64,000 bases of DNA from an uncultured Gemmatimonadales bacterium (GCA_963779755.1 CAVZZO010000001.1:384001-448000), one strand, 5' to 3'. Positions 20,477 through 30,618 are shown, numbered from the stretch's first letter. Translations and numbers: made by a program. Notes: generated from the sequence alone by a model not told the origin.

Positions 20477-21121
20477 TCAGTAGGAAACGGCGTACCGGCT
20501 GAACCCGAGGACATCGGCTTCGATTTCGTTGAACTCTTCGATCCGGATGGAGGTGAGCTGGGAATAGGCGCCGCCCAGCACCTCCTGGACCCAGACCGCC
20601 AGCTCGCCTTCGACCGTGGTATCCGCGGCATTCACGATCCCGTCGTCGTTATAGTCGCCCTCGCCGCCGGTGCCGCCGGCGTGGCCGTATTCGATCTTCA
20701 GCACCGCGGGGTGCAGGGGGTTGAACTTCAGGCCGGACGGTTCGAAATCGAACAGCACGCTGTCGCCGGTGGCCTTGATCGTGATTTCAATGGAATCCCC
20801 GGCCACGAACGGCGTACCGTCGGGGCGGGTGAGCAGGGCTTCCTGGGGCACTTTCAGGCGCACGAAATCTTCACCCGGTCCGCCCTGGGAGTCCTGAAAG
20901 CGCAGGGCTGCTTCATGGTCGGCCAGCGTGCTGGCCCAGAAAGTCACCGAGTCCTGGTAGAGGGGAATGTGACCCGGCGCGAGGAGGAGCACATGGAGCG
21001 AGTCGGGAGGACGGGTCGTCTCGCCGCTCCCCGGGCCGGAGGAGTCGGAGCAGCCGAGCCCGGCCATCAGGCCCGCGGCCGCGAGCAGGGGAAGCAGGTT
21101 GCGAAAGCGCGTCATGATCAT
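20477..21121 (-). CDS. Hypothetical lipoprotein
   Basis: Signal peptide ending AGLGC; C-terminal GFSRYAV motif; start 21121 or 21115. Confidence 0.75.
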   Translation of the reverse strand: MIMTRFRNLLPLLAAAGLMAGLGCSDSSGPGSGETTRPPDSLHVLLLAPGHIPLYQDSVTFWASTLADHEAALRFQDSQGGPGEDFVRLKVPQEALLTRPDGTPFVAGDSIEITIKATGDSVLFDFEPSGLKFNPLHPAVLKIEYGHAGGTGGEGDYNDDGIVNAADTTVEGELAVWVQEVLGGAYSQLTSIRIEEFNEIEADVLGFSRYAVSY

Positions 21122-21138
21122 CCCACCCTTCTTCGTGG

Positions 21139-22485
21139 TCATTCGTCCGCACCATTCTCGAGGATCCGTTGGAGCCGGGGGCGGCTGATGCCCAGCCGCC
21201 GGGCCGCCTCGCTCTTGTTGCCTCCGCACCGCTCCAGCATGAGCCGGACACTGGCGCGGATGATGACGCCGAGCTCCGCCGGAAACGGCAGGACCTGGTC
21301 GCCGGCCGGGCGGTTGATGTCCCGGGACAACCGCAGCTCTTCCAGTCGCAACGTGCCGGGCGGCGAGAGCACCAGCGCCCGCTCGATGGCGTTGCGCAGC
21401 TCCCGGACATTTCCCGGCCAGTTGTGGGCCCGCAGTGCGCTGCGCACTTCGGGTGTGAGCGGCGGCACCGGCATTCCATTGGCGCTGGCCAGGCGGCTCA
21501 CGAAGGTACCGGCCAGCAGCTCGATATCGCCGTCCCGGTCGCGCAGCGGCGGCAGCGTCAGCGCCACTACGTTGAGCCGGTAGAACAGGTCCTCCCGGAA
21601 CTCTCCCCGGCCGACCGCGTCGCCCAGGTCCACATGGGTGGCGGCAATCACCCGGACGTCGATCCGTTTCAGCGCCTGGCCCCCGACCCGGCGTATCTCC
21701 CGGCTTTCCAGCGCCCGGAGGAGCTTGGCCTGGAGCTCGAGCGGCAAGTGGCCGACCTCGTCCAGGAACAGCGTCCCGCCATGGGCCATTTCGAACAGCC
21801 CCGGCTTGGCCGCGATCGCACCGGTGAAGGCGCCCTTCTCATGTCCAAACAGCTCGCTCTCGATCAGGTTGGCCGGGATCGCGGCACAGTTGATGTCCAC
21901 GAAGGGAGCCGAGGCGCGCGGGCTGTTGTAGTGCACGGCGCGGGCGAGCAGCTCCTTGCCCGTGCCGGTTTCTCCTCCGATCAGAACGGTCACGTCCTTG
22001 TGGGCGGCAACCCTGGCCGCCTGCTCCAGGCTCCGGCGCAATGCCGGGCTGTCTCCCACGATCGCCCCGAATCCGCTGGCCTTGCGCTCGTCGGCGGCGA
22101 AACGATCCGCCTGCTGCTTCCCCCGTACCTGGCGGATCTCGCGATCCAGCATCCGCCGCAGGAGGCCCAGGTCCTCCGGCAGCGCGAAGTAGTCGCGGGC
22201 GCCGCGCTGAACCAGCGAGGCCGCCAGGCGGTGGTCGGCCGCGGCCCCCACCACGAACCGGGGTTCCTCTCCCGGGGGAAGTGAGCCGAGCAGGTCGATG
22301 GCTTCGGCTTCGGCGCCGCCCGCCAGCACCAGCATGGCCAGGGCATTTCCCGGCGGCGACGTTTCCGCCGAGGGCATCCACTCGACCACGCTGCCACCGA
22401 GCTCCGCTACCAGGTCGCCCAGGGTCGTATGGAAGCTGTCGGACAGCCGGACCATCACGACCCACGAGGTAGCCGTCTCAGTCAT
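21139..22485 (-). CDS. Sigma54-dependent enhancer-binding protein (degenerate receiver-like N-terminus, AAA+, Fis HTH)
   Basis: GETGTGKE, ESELFGHEKGAFTGA, LFLDE, WPGNVREL, NKSEAARRLGISR. Confidence 0.93.
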   Translation of the reverse strand: MTETATSWVVMVRLSDSFHTTLGDLVAELGGSVVEWMPSAETSPPGNALAMLVLAGGAEAEAIDLLGSLPPGEEPRFVVGAAADHRLAASLVQRGARDYFALPEDLGLLRRMLDREIRQVRGKQQADRFAADERKASGFGAIVGDSPALRRSLEQAARVAAHKDVTVLIGGETGTGKELLARAVHYNSPRASAPFVDINCAAIPANLIESELFGHEKGAFTGAIAAKPGLFEMAHGGTLFLDEVGHLPLELQAKLLRALESREIRRVGGQALKRIDVRVIAATHVDLGDAVGRGEFREDLFYRLNVVALTLPPLRDRDGDIELLAGTFVSRLASANGMPVPPLTPEVRSALRAHNWPGNVRELRNAIERALVLSPPGTLRLEELRLSRDINRPAGDQVLPFPAELGVIIRASVRLMLERCGGNKSEAARRLGISRPRLQRILENGADE

Positions 22486-22509
22486 GGCCGGCGGCGTCGG
22501 AGATAAGAG

Positions 22510-22524
22510 GCAACGGGCATACCA
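22510..22524 (-). promoter_or_regulatory. Candidate sigma54 -24/-12 promoter for the EBP-lipoprotein-TPR operon
   Basis: Minus strand TGGTATGCCCGTTGC (GG-N10-GC), 24 nt upstream of the EBP ATG. Confidence 0.65.
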
Positions 22525-22821
22525 TGGGAACCCCGGCGTTCAAGTAGCGATGCTGCATGCGATTGAGAAGTGATCTCCAGACCGGCAGCGGGAAACCCGT
22601 GGAATGCTTCGTTCCACTGTGGCATGAGACGATCACTCCGGGCTCTCCATGGCCTTGTCGCCGGCGGATGTACGCGGTTAGAAGGCAAGCCAGATGCCTG
22701 CCACGAAATAGGTCTGGAAAACCTTGTGCTGTAATGGTTTGTGGTAGTTCTTCCGGGTCGGTGAGACACTTGAACTGAAACAGAACATTACATGGCCGCA
22801 TCGAAATGCGGCACCCCTTGG

Positions 22822-22854
22822 AAAACAAGAAGGGCCGCCGGGTGGCGGCCCTTC
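22822..22854 (-). terminator. Rho-independent terminator of the 22885-23658 gene
   Basis: GAAGGGCCGCC-4 nt-GGCGGCCCTTC stem followed by TTGTTTT on the minus strand. Confidence 0.8.
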
Positions 22855-22884
22855 AACGTCAGGCGGTGCAGCTCTTCAGTTGGC

Positions 22885-23658
22885 TCAGCTGGCAGAATGA
22901 TCGTCGCAGCCGTCGTGGTCTTCGTCCTCGAATGCGTGGAACGATTGTTCAATGTTGCTGCGGACGACGCCCTCGTTGCCCTGGCCCTGGTTGGCGGTTG
23001 ACGGGTCGATCAGCATGCCACCCGCCTGGAACCAGGTGGAGAGGTCCACGTGTATGGTGAGGCTGGCGGGCGTCGAATCGGTGACGCTGACCGGGGGCAC
23101 CAGGCTCAGCTCCTGGCCGACATCGAGATCGCTGGTGAAGGTGAACGGGGTACCATTGAAGGAGCCGGTGGCCATGATGCTGACCCCCTGGAAGTCGGGG
23201 TGCGCCTGCAGGAACGCCAGGTCCGCCGCATCGCTCTCGGGCCGGTGGATCTGGAACTCGAGGCGGTCGTAAGCACCGGTGTCCACGCTGACCGTGAACG
23301 CCTGGGTGGCGCCCGGGCTGAGTGGAAGCTGCACCAGCATGGGGTTCAGTTCCAGCTCCTGGCAGTCACGGCCGTCCGAGCTGGTATCACAGGCGGATCC
23401 GCTGACCCGGTGCAGTTCGATGTGGCGGAGTACCAGTTGGACGTCGTCAATCTGCAGGGTGTCGCCGCCGGCGGTGAAGATCTGCGGGCTGGCGCCGAGG
23501 GAAGCGCGAATGCCGGGCGCCGGCGCGGGTGCCGCCTGGGTGCTGACGCTCAGGGTGAAGCTCCGCCCTGCACCGCTGGGCCCATTGGCAGTGCTGCAGG
23601 CGGCCAGTCCGCCGAGCAGGAGGGGGGCGAGGGCAATCAGTCGGGACATTGGTTTCAT
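22885..23658 (-). CDS. Hypothetical lipoprotein (DUF4382-like)
   Basis: Lipobox LAAC; beta-rich; acidic EDEDHDG C-terminus. Confidence 0.75.
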   Translation of the reverse strand: MKPMSRLIALAPLLLGGLAACSTANGPSGAGRSFTLSVSTQAAPAPAPGIRASLGASPQIFTAGGDTLQIDDVQLVLRHIELHRVSGSACDTSSDGRDCQELELNPMLVQLPLSPGATQAFTVSVDTGAYDRLEFQIHRPESDAADLAFLQAHPDFQGVSIMATGSFNGTPFTFTSDLDVGQELSLVPPVSVTDSTPASLTIHVDLSTWFQAGGMLIDPSTANQGQGNEGVVRSNIEQSFHAFEDEDHDGCDDHSAS

Positions 23659-23709
23659 CGTGGGCTCCAGCTGGGGTGAATGAGGGGCCGTTGCTGCCGG
23701 TGGCTGGAG

Positions 23710-23724
23710 GCAATCCTGATGCCT
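23710..23724 (-). promoter_or_regulatory. Candidate sigma54 promoter upstream of the lipoprotein gene
   Basis: Minus strand AGGCATCAGGATTGC (GG-N10-GC) with an AT-rich tract upstream. Confidence 0.5.
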
Positions 23725-23911
23725 GCGGCTGATTTTTGTATCTGTCTGCCAGATAAAGCATTACGGACACTGCGGTGGTCTGCATCTTCGCCGCGGTTAT
23801 AACGCCCCGTGGCAGCGTCGCTCATTCCGTTGCACCGCTGGTGGGGGGCAGGTCTCTATATTCCGGATTCCGAGCAGCGTGCGACAGCTACCGTTCACCG
23901 GGAGAGAAGGC

Positions 23912-25540
23912 GTGCGCAGACTCCATCCTGACCTGCTTCAGCTCGTACTGCCCCTCTGCGCCGTCTCTTTTCTGCTGGCGGGCTGCGGGGGTGGCGAATG
24001 TCCCACCTGCGGCACCCTGGTGGTCGCGGCGGTGGGGGAGCCGCCACAGCTGCTGCCGCCCCTGGTCCAGGAGACGGTCGGCCGCGACATCAGCGATCAG
24101 ATCTATCAGAAACTGGCGGACCTGGAGCCGGGCAAGCCGACGATCGATCCCGCCGCGTACCGGCCGGGGCTCGCGGCCAGCTGGGAGCGGGTGGATTCAC
24201 TCACCTGGCGATTTCATCTGCGGCCGGATGCGCAGTGGCAGGACGGCCCTCCGGTAACGGCGCATGACGTGATCTTTTCTTTTCAGGCCTTTGAGGATTC
24301 CACCTTCGATGCGGCGCCGGCCCTGGCGCGGGAGGTCGCCTCGATCACCGCGACCGACTCCTCCACGGTGGTGATCCGGTTCCGCCGGTTCTATCCCGAG
24401 CAGCTCTACGATGCGACCTGGCATGTCCGGGTGATGCCGGCGCACATCTGGGACACCATTCCCGCTTCCCGCTGGGAGCGGGATACCACGCTGGGCCATC
24501 TGGTGGGCAGCGGTCCCTATCGCCTGGTTTCCTGGAACCGGGGGGCGTCGGTCACCCTGGAGGCGGTGAGGCAGGGGAAGGGCGCGCCCAGCATCCGCCG
24601 GCTGGTGTGGCGCTTTGCGGAGGATCCGGAAGCCGGGCTGAATCTCCTGCTGGGCCACGAGGCCGACGTCATGGAAGCCGTCGGGTTGAACGGCGCCGAG
24701 CGTCTGGCGGGAGACAGCGCCTTCCGCCTGGTGCCCTACCCGTCGGCCGTGTACGGCTTTATGGGGTTTCATATCGCGGGCAAGACGGAGCGGGACCGCG
24801 CCCCGGTGCTGGGCGACCGGACGGTGCGGCGGGCGCTGGTGGAGTCGATCGACCGCGAGACGCTGGCCCACTCCATTTTCGGGCCGGAGACCAAGGTCCC
24901 GGCCGGCCCCATGTCGCAGCTGCTCTGGCTCTGGGGTGTGAAGCCGGCTCCCCTCCCCTACGATACGACCGCGGCCGACAGCCTGCTGGCGGCTGCGGGG
25001 TGGAGGCGGCGTGCCGACGGACTGCGGGTGCGGAATGGCCGGGTGCTGCAGCTCGGGATCCTGGTGCCCTCCACCAGCGCGACCCGCCGGCAGGTCGCGC
25101 AGGCAATTCAACAGGCCTGGCGGGCGCGGGGGGTGAAGGCCGAAATCACCGCGGTGGACATGCCGGTGTTCATGCAGCGCCTGGTCGCGGGCCGGTTCGA
25201 TGCCTACCTCGGGGCGTGGCTGGATGAGCCGAGCCCGCGGGGGCTGGCCGAACAGTGGACGCGCTCGGGCTGGGATGCACTCAACTACGGCCACTACGCC
25301 GACCCGGTCTTCGATTCGCTGTTTGCCCGGGCCGCCGCGCAGTCCGATCCGGGTCAGGCGCGCGCTGCCTGGCGGGCCGCCCTCGACACCCTGAACAGCG
25401 ATGCGCCGGCGGCCTTTCTCTTTGCGCTCACCAACGTCGCGGCGATTTCGCGGCGAGTGAAGGACGTCGTGATCGACCCGTACTCGTGGCTGAGCCGGGT
25501 GAGCGAGTGGACCCTGGAAGAGAAACGGACTGGGGACTGA
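23912..25540 (+). CDS. Peptide ABC transporter substrate-binding lipoprotein (family 5)
   Basis: LLAGC lipobox, LA.SWE, FHLR..A.W.DG.PVTA.DV, VGSGPY; GTG start after GGAGAGAAGG. Confidence 0.88.
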   Translation: MRRLHPDLLQLVLPLCAVSFLLAGCGGGECPTCGTLVVAAVGEPPQLLPPLVQETVGRDISDQIYQKLADLEPGKPTIDPAAYRPGLAASWERVDSLTWRFHLRPDAQWQDGPPVTAHDVIFSFQAFEDSTFDAAPALAREVASITATDSSTVVIRFRRFYPEQLYDATWHVRVMPAHIWDTIPASRWERDTTLGHLVGSGPYRLVSWNRGASVTLEAVRQGKGAPSIRRLVWRFAEDPEAGLNLLLGHEADVMEAVGLNGAERLAGDSAFRLVPYPSAVYGFMGFHIAGKTERDRAPVLGDRTVRRALVESIDRETLAHSIFGPETKVPAGPMSQLLWLWGVKPAPLPYDTTAADSLLAAAGWRRRADGLRVRNGRVLQLGILVPSTSATRRQVAQAIQQAWRARGVKAEITAVDMPVFMQRLVAGRFDAYLGAWLDEPSPRGLAEQWTRSGWDALNYGHYADPVFDSLFARAAAQSDPGQARAAWRAALDTLNSDAPAAFLFALTNVAAISRRVKDVVIDPYSWLSRVSEWTLEEKRTGD

Positions 25541-25565
25541 GGACTGAGGACTGGGAGGATGCGAT

Positions 25566-25646
25566 TGTCACCCTGAGCGAAGCGAAGGGGCCGAAGCCTT
25601 CTTCGGGTTTCGGCCCCTTCGGTCGCTGCGCTCCCTCAGGGTGACA
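25566..25646. repeat. Long palindromic REP/MITE-like element TGTCACCCTGAGCGAAGCGAAGGGG...CTCAGGGTGACA
   Basis: Outer stem TGTCACCCTGAG/CTCAGGGTGACA, inner stem GAAGGGGCCGAA/TTCGGCCCCTTC, flanked by inverted GAGGACT-type heptamers. Confidence 0.8.
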
Positions 25647-25792
25647 CTTGGCTTGGCGCCCGTCGGTCCTCAGCCCTCAGCCTCTTACCTCGCTGCCGAC
25701 CCTTCCCCTATCTTGAGGTATACCCCTTCCCCTTCGCCGGGCCGGAGGTTCCGGTGCCCCGGGGGGGATTGCCCTGACCGGCAGGATTCCCC

Positions 25793-27670
25793 ATGACCAC
25801 TGTTACTTCTCCTCCCGGCACGGAGGGCGCTCGCCTGCGGGAACACCGCGAGGCGGTCGTCATCCGGTTCGCCGGCGATTCGGGCGACGGCATGCAGCTC
25901 ACCGGTTCCCAGTTCACGCTCGAATCGGCGCTGGCGGGGAACGACCTCGCCACCTTTCCCGACTACCCCGCCGAGATCCGGGCGCCGGCCGGTACCACCT
26001 TCGGCGTCTCGGCATTTCAGATCCACTTCGGCGCCATTCCCATCGAAACCGCGGGCGACCAGCTCGACGTGCTGGTCGCCATGAATCCGGCGGCGCTCAA
26101 GGTCAACCTGGCAGACCTGCGGGTGGGTGGAACCGTGGTGGTGGACGTGGCCTCGTTCACCGAGCGCAACCTGTTGAAGGCGGGCTATGAGAAGAGCCCG
26201 CTGGACGACAACACCCTGGCGCCGTACCGGCCGCTGCCGCTGGATATCGCCAAACTGACGCTGGAGGCGGTGAAGGAATACGGCCTGAGCCAGAAGGAAT
26301 CGCTCCGCTGCCGCAACATGTGGGCGCTGGGGCTCATGCTCTGGATGTATGGCCGCGAGCTGAGCGCGACTTCGACCTGGCTGGAGCGGAAGTTCGCCGG
26401 GGCGCCGGAGATCGCCGCCGCGAATCTGGCGGCGCTCCGGGCGGGCCACGCATTCGGGGAGACGGCCGAACTGGGGAGCCAGGTGGCGGCCTACGCAGTG
26501 CCGCGGGCCCAGCTGCCCACCGGCACCTACCGCACGGTGAGCGGCACCGATGCGCTCGCCTGGGGGCTGGTCGCCGGGATGCAGAAGGCGGGGCTGGCGC
26601 GTCTCATGTTCGGCTCCTATCCGATCACGCCGGCCTCGCCGGTGCTGCATGCCCTGGCGAAGCTGAAGGCGTTCGGCGTCATCACCTTCCAGGCGGAAGA
26701 CGAAATCGCCGCGATCTGCTCGGCGATCGGCGCGTCCTACGCCGGCGCGCTGGGCGTGACCTCGAGCTCGGGGCCGGGCATTGCGCTCAAGTCCGAGGCG
26801 CTGGGCCTGGCGCTCATGACCGAGCTGCCGCTCATCGTGATCAACTCGCAGCGCGCCGGCCCGTCCACCGGAATGCCGACCAAGACGGAGCAATCGGATC
26901 TGTTCCAGGCGATTTACGGCCGGAACGCCGACGCCCCGCTGCCGGTGCTGGCCGCCGCCACTCCGGCCGATTGTTTCGAGGTGGCCATCGAAGCGGTCCG
27001 GCTGGCCACGAAGTACATGACGCCGGTCATGCTGCTCACCGACGGTTACCTGGCCAATGCCGCCGAGCCGTGGTCCATCCCCGATCTGGACGCGATTCCC
27101 CCCTTCCCGGTTCATTTCCGGAAACAGGTGGAAGGATACCAGCCGTTCCTGCGCGATCCCGAGACGCTCTCGCGCCCCTGGGCCGTGCCGGGGACGCCGG
27201 GCCTGGCGCACCGCATCGGCGGCATCGAGAAGCACTACGACACCGGGCACATTTCCTATGATCCGGAGAATCACCAGAAGATGACCGATACCCGGGCCGC
27301 CAAGATCGCGGGCATCGCGCGTGACATACCGGAGCAGGAGGTGACGGTCGGCGAAGCGACGGGTGCCGTGGCGGTGGTGGGGTGGGGGTCGACCTGGGGG
27401 GCTATTCACCAGGCGGTCACCCAGCTGCGGGAGGAAGAGCTGGACGTCTCCCATATCCACCTGCGGCATCTCTCGCCCTTCCCGTCGAACCTGGGGGAGC
27501 TGCTCCGGGGGTTCAATCGCGTGCTGGTGCCGGAGATGAACAACGGCCAGCTGGTCACCATCCTGCGCAGCACCTACCTGGTGCCGGCGGAGGGGCTCAA
27601 CAAGGTGACCGGGAAGCCGTTCAAGACCGTCGAGATCGCCGAGGCGGTCCGCCACACCCTGGAGGGCTGA
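25793..27670 (+). CDS. korA: 2-oxoacid:ferredoxin oxidoreductase alpha subunit
   Basis: GDSGDGMQL, YPITP, EDEIA, SSGPG, QRAGPSTGMPTK, EMNNGQL. Confidence 0.9.
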   Translation: MTTVTSPPGTEGARLREHREAVVIRFAGDSGDGMQLTGSQFTLESALAGNDLATFPDYPAEIRAPAGTTFGVSAFQIHFGAIPIETAGDQLDVLVAMNPAALKVNLADLRVGGTVVVDVASFTERNLLKAGYEKSPLDDNTLAPYRPLPLDIAKLTLEAVKEYGLSQKESLRCRNMWALGLMLWMYGRELSATSTWLERKFAGAPEIAAANLAALRAGHAFGETAELGSQVAAYAVPRAQLPTGTYRTVSGTDALAWGLVAGMQKAGLARLMFGSYPITPASPVLHALAKLKAFGVITFQAEDEIAAICSAIGASYAGALGVTSSSGPGIALKSEALGLALMTELPLIVINSQRAGPSTGMPTKTEQSDLFQAIYGRNADAPLPVLAAATPADCFEVAIEAVRLATKYMTPVMLLTDGYLANAAEPWSIPDLDAIPPFPVHFRKQVEGYQPFLRDPETLSRPWAVPGTPGLAHRIGGIEKHYDTGHISYDPENHQKMTDTRAAKIAGIARDIPEQEVTVGEATGAVAVVGWGSTWGAIHQAVTQLREEELDVSHIHLRHLSPFPSNLGELLRGFNRVLVPEMNNGQLVTILRSTYLVPAEGLNKVTGKPFKTVEIAEAVRHTLEG

Positions 27671-27672
27671 TC

Positions 27673-28695
27673 ATGACCGCCACCACTCCTGCCCCGAGGC
27701 TGAGCCCCAAGGACTTCGCCACCGACCAGGAAGTCCGCTGGTGCCCGGGCTGCGGCGACTACGCCATCCTCAAGGCGGTGCAGCGGACGCTGGCGGAGGC
27801 CGGCGCGCAGCCCGACCGTACGGTGTTCGTGTCGGGGATCGGCTGCTCGTCGCGCTTTCCCTATTACGTGTCGACCTACGGGTTCCACACCATTCACGGC
27901 CGGGCGCCGGCGATCGCCACCGGGGTGAAGCTGGCGAATCCGGAACTGGATGTCTGGGTCATCACCGGCGACGGCGACGGGTTCAGCATCGGCGGCAACC
28001 ATATGCTGCACGTGCTCCGGCGCAACGTGGACCTCAACATCATTCTCTTCAATAATGAGATCTACGGGCTGACCAAGGGGCAGTACTCGCCCACGTCGCG
28101 GCGCGGAACGAAATCCCCCAGCACGCCCCAGGGCTCGCTCGATACGCCGCTGGTGCCGGCGCTGGTGGCCCTGGGCGCGGGCGCCCGGTTCGTGGCCCGT
28201 TCCATCGATACCGCCCAGGCGCACCTGCTGGAGGTCCTCCGGCGGGCGCATGACAACCGGGGCGCGTCATTCGTGGAGATCTATCAGAACTGCGTGGTCT
28301 ACAACGACGGGGTGTTCGACGAGTTCACCTCCCGCGAGATCGCGCCGGAGATGCAGCTGCATCTGGAACACGGCAAGCCACTGCGCTTCGGGAAGGACGG
28401 CGAGCGCGGGCTGCGGCTCCGGCCCGGCACCATGTCGCTGGAGGTGGTGAACCTGGGCGACGACGTCACCGAGGGGGACCTCATGGTGCACGACGAGACC
28501 AACCGCGCGCTGGCCATGCTGCTGGCCGAGCTGCACCCGCCGGAGTTCCCCATGGTGGTCGGAGTGTTGTATCGCAATCCGGGGCGGGTCTACGATCAGG
28601 ATGTGCATACCCAGCTGCGCCAGGAGATGGCGGCGGGGAGCAGGGACCTGGCGGCCGTGCTGCGGCAGGGACGAACCTGGGAGGTGGAGGACTGA
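27673..28695 (+). CDS. korB: 2-oxoacid:ferredoxin oxidoreductase beta subunit
   Basis: WCPGCGD, SGIGCS, HGRA, GDGD...NN TPP motif, YGLTKGQ. Confidence 0.9.
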   Translation: MTATTPAPRLSPKDFATDQEVRWCPGCGDYAILKAVQRTLAEAGAQPDRTVFVSGIGCSSRFPYYVSTYGFHTIHGRAPAIATGVKLANPELDVWVITGDGDGFSIGGNHMLHVLRRNVDLNIILFNNEIYGLTKGQYSPTSRRGTKSPSTPQGSLDTPLVPALVALGAGARFVARSIDTAQAHLLEVLRRAHDNRGASFVEIYQNCVVYNDGVFDEFTSREIAPEMQLHLEHGKPLRFGKDGERGLRLRPGTMSLEVVNLGDDVTEGDLMVHDETNRALAMLLAELHPPEFPMVVGVLYRNPGRVYDQDVHTQLRQEMAAGSRDLAAVLRQGRTWEVED

Positions 28696-28759
28696 CGGGA
28701 AAGGGGAAGAGGGAAAGGGGAATGGTGAGGCGTGGGGGGTACGGCGTGGCGGTCCCGCC

Positions 28760-29056
28760 TTACGTCTCACGCCTTACGACAATTACCCCTTCGCTCGTCA
28801 TGTGCTGATACTGCCCGTCCACGACCCAGCCTCGCACCGCCCGGTTGAACCGGGCGATGAAATCCCGCCGCCGGTCCCAGAGTAGAAAGCAGACCCGGTG
28901 CATGATGCTGTCGGAGAAGCGCCAGAAAGGATCGCGGTCATCGGCCAGGAAATCCGGGATGATGACCAGGTCGTCGTCGGCGCGCAGGGATTCGCGGCAG
29001 AGGGCGCAGAGGGCGGTGCGCGGGTCGCGGCGGCGCCAGGGGAGCGGAGGCATCAC
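28760..29056 (-). CDS. Hypothetical protein, possible zinc-binding (CxxC...HxxC)
   Basis: CALC...MHRVC. Confidence 0.55.
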   Translation of the reverse strand: MMPPLPWRRRDPRTALCALCRESLRADDDLVIIPDFLADDRDPFWRFSDSIMHRVCFLLWDRRRDFIARFNRAVRGWVVDGQYQHMTSEGVIVVRRET

Positions 29057-29118
29057 TGGAGGGTAGTTCCGGGGCGGGAAGGCTGGAAGGCGGGAAGACG
29101 GAGACGATCGTTCTGACT

Positions 29119-30147
29119 GTGACCTCCTATCGCCATATCGCCGTATTCCAACCGGGACGGGCGGGCGACTTCGTTCTCACCACCCCGCTGTGCGATGCCA
29201 TCAAGGCCTTCGCACCAGACTCCCGGCTCACACTCATCGTGGGTCCGCGGGCGGCGGAGATGGCCCGGGCGCATCCGTCCATCGACCGGGTCTGGGTGTT
29301 CGACCGGGCGCCGCACCGGCTGGCAGGTCTGGCGGCGCGGCTGCTGACCCACCGGTTCGATCTCTGGCTGGACCCCAAGATTCACCCCAGCCGGAACGGC
29401 GCCATGGCCGCGACGCTGGCGCGCGCGCGGGTGAAGGTCGGGTATAACGGACCGAAGCTGCGGCCGTTTACTCACGATCTGGCGGAGTTTCCCGATCCGG
29501 GTGGCCACTATATCGAGCAGGTACTGGGTTGTCTTGGCCCGCCCGGGATTCCCGCACCGGAAGATCCCCGGCCCACCGTGGGCCTCACTCCCGAGGCCGA
29601 GGCGTGGGCGCAGGACCAGCTCCCTGCCGATCACGCACCGGTGGTTGTGGTCAACATTTCCGCCGGCCATCCCACCCGCTACTGGACGGGGGAGCGATGG
29701 ATCGAGCTGTTGCGCTCGGCCAGCGCCTTCGGAGAATCAGACCTGCTCCTTAGCGCGGCTCCGGAAGATGCGGCCGTCGCCGCCCGCATCGTGCGGGAAG
29801 TAGCCGCGTCGGGCATCCGTATCCGGCAGCTGCCGCGGTCGGGGCTGGTGGAGCTGGCGGCGCTGGTGCGGCGGGCAGACCTGGTGCTGACGGTGGATAC
29901 GTCTTTCGTGCACCTGGCCGCGGCGTTCGACCGGCCTATCGTCGCGCTGTACAAGCACGCCTATCCCGAAGTCTCCCTGTTTGCGCCACGGTCGACGGTT
30001 CAGGAGATGGTGATTTCCGAGCCGGGGACCACGGTGGCGAGCATTCCGGTGGATGCGGTCGCACGGGCGGTCGAGCGGATCAGGGAGGGGGAAAGGGGAA
30101 AGGGGAACAGGGAAGGGGTTGGGCCGCCTCCTAGTCGGCACAGATGA
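29119..30147 (+). CDS. Glycosyltransferase family 9 (LPS heptosyltransferase-like)
   Basis: GDFVLTTP, VDTSFVHLAAA. Confidence 0.85.
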   Translation: MTSYRHIAVFQPGRAGDFVLTTPLCDAIKAFAPDSRLTLIVGPRAAEMARAHPSIDRVWVFDRAPHRLAGLAARLLTHRFDLWLDPKIHPSRNGAMAATLARARVKVGYNGPKLRPFTHDLAEFPDPGGHYIEQVLGCLGPPGIPAPEDPRPTVGLTPEAEAWAQDQLPADHAPVVVVNISAGHPTRYWTGERWIELLRSASAFGESDLLLSAAPEDAAVAARIVREVAASGIRIRQLPRSGLVELAALVRRADLVLTVDTSFVHLAAAFDRPIVALYKHAYPEVSLFAPRSTVQEMVISEPGTTVASIPVDAVARAVERIREGERGKGNREGVGPPPSRHR

Positions 30148-30523
30148 CGGGCGGCCCCGAGCCGCCGCGGGCCAGGGCGTAGGGGCCCAGGGTGTACGGG
30201 CCAGGGTCGGCGTTCACCGTGACCGTGAGGAGGACGATGTCGCGGGAGAAGGAGCCAGTGTAGCGGGCGTCCGTACCAGGCGGATTGACGACGATGGGCC
30301 CGAATACGACCTGGCCCGTCACGTCGAACCGGCCCTGGCTGTCCAGCGGAATGGCCCCGTCGACGGTGCCGGTGCCGCAGCCGAACAGGACGCCGGCATT
30401 GGTGGCCGTCACGGTCATGAGGACCTGCCCGTTGCCGTATTGGCCGGGCGGAAGGCTATCGGGCGGGCTGGTGGCGCAGGCGGCCAGGACCAGCAGGAAC
30501 AGGGCTGCAAGCAGGCGGCGCAT
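30131..30523 (-). CDS. Small lipoprotein, paralog 1
   Basis: LAAC lipobox; shares IPLDS.G.FDV.GQV and PYTLGPYAL.R with its neighbour. Confidence 0.75.
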   Translation of the reverse strand: MRRLLAALFLLVLAACATSPPDSLPPGQYGNGQVLMTVTATNAGVLFGCGTGTVDGAIPLDSQGRFDVTGQVVFGPIVVNPPGTDARYTGSFSRDIVLLTVTVNADPGPYTLGPYALARGGSGPPVICAD

Positions 30524-30618
30524 TCGTCCGGTTCTCCGGGGAGTCCCAATGGAAGACCCCAGGGTCGGCCAGCCGGTCACCGCGGGCTGGCCGGTTCGGG
30601 GCGACCGACCTCCGGGCT

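Noticed and set aside
22482..22625. Small ORF (MPQWNEAF...) downstream of the weak sigma54-like site
   Set aside because: No recognisable features, and it overlaps the better promoter candidate.
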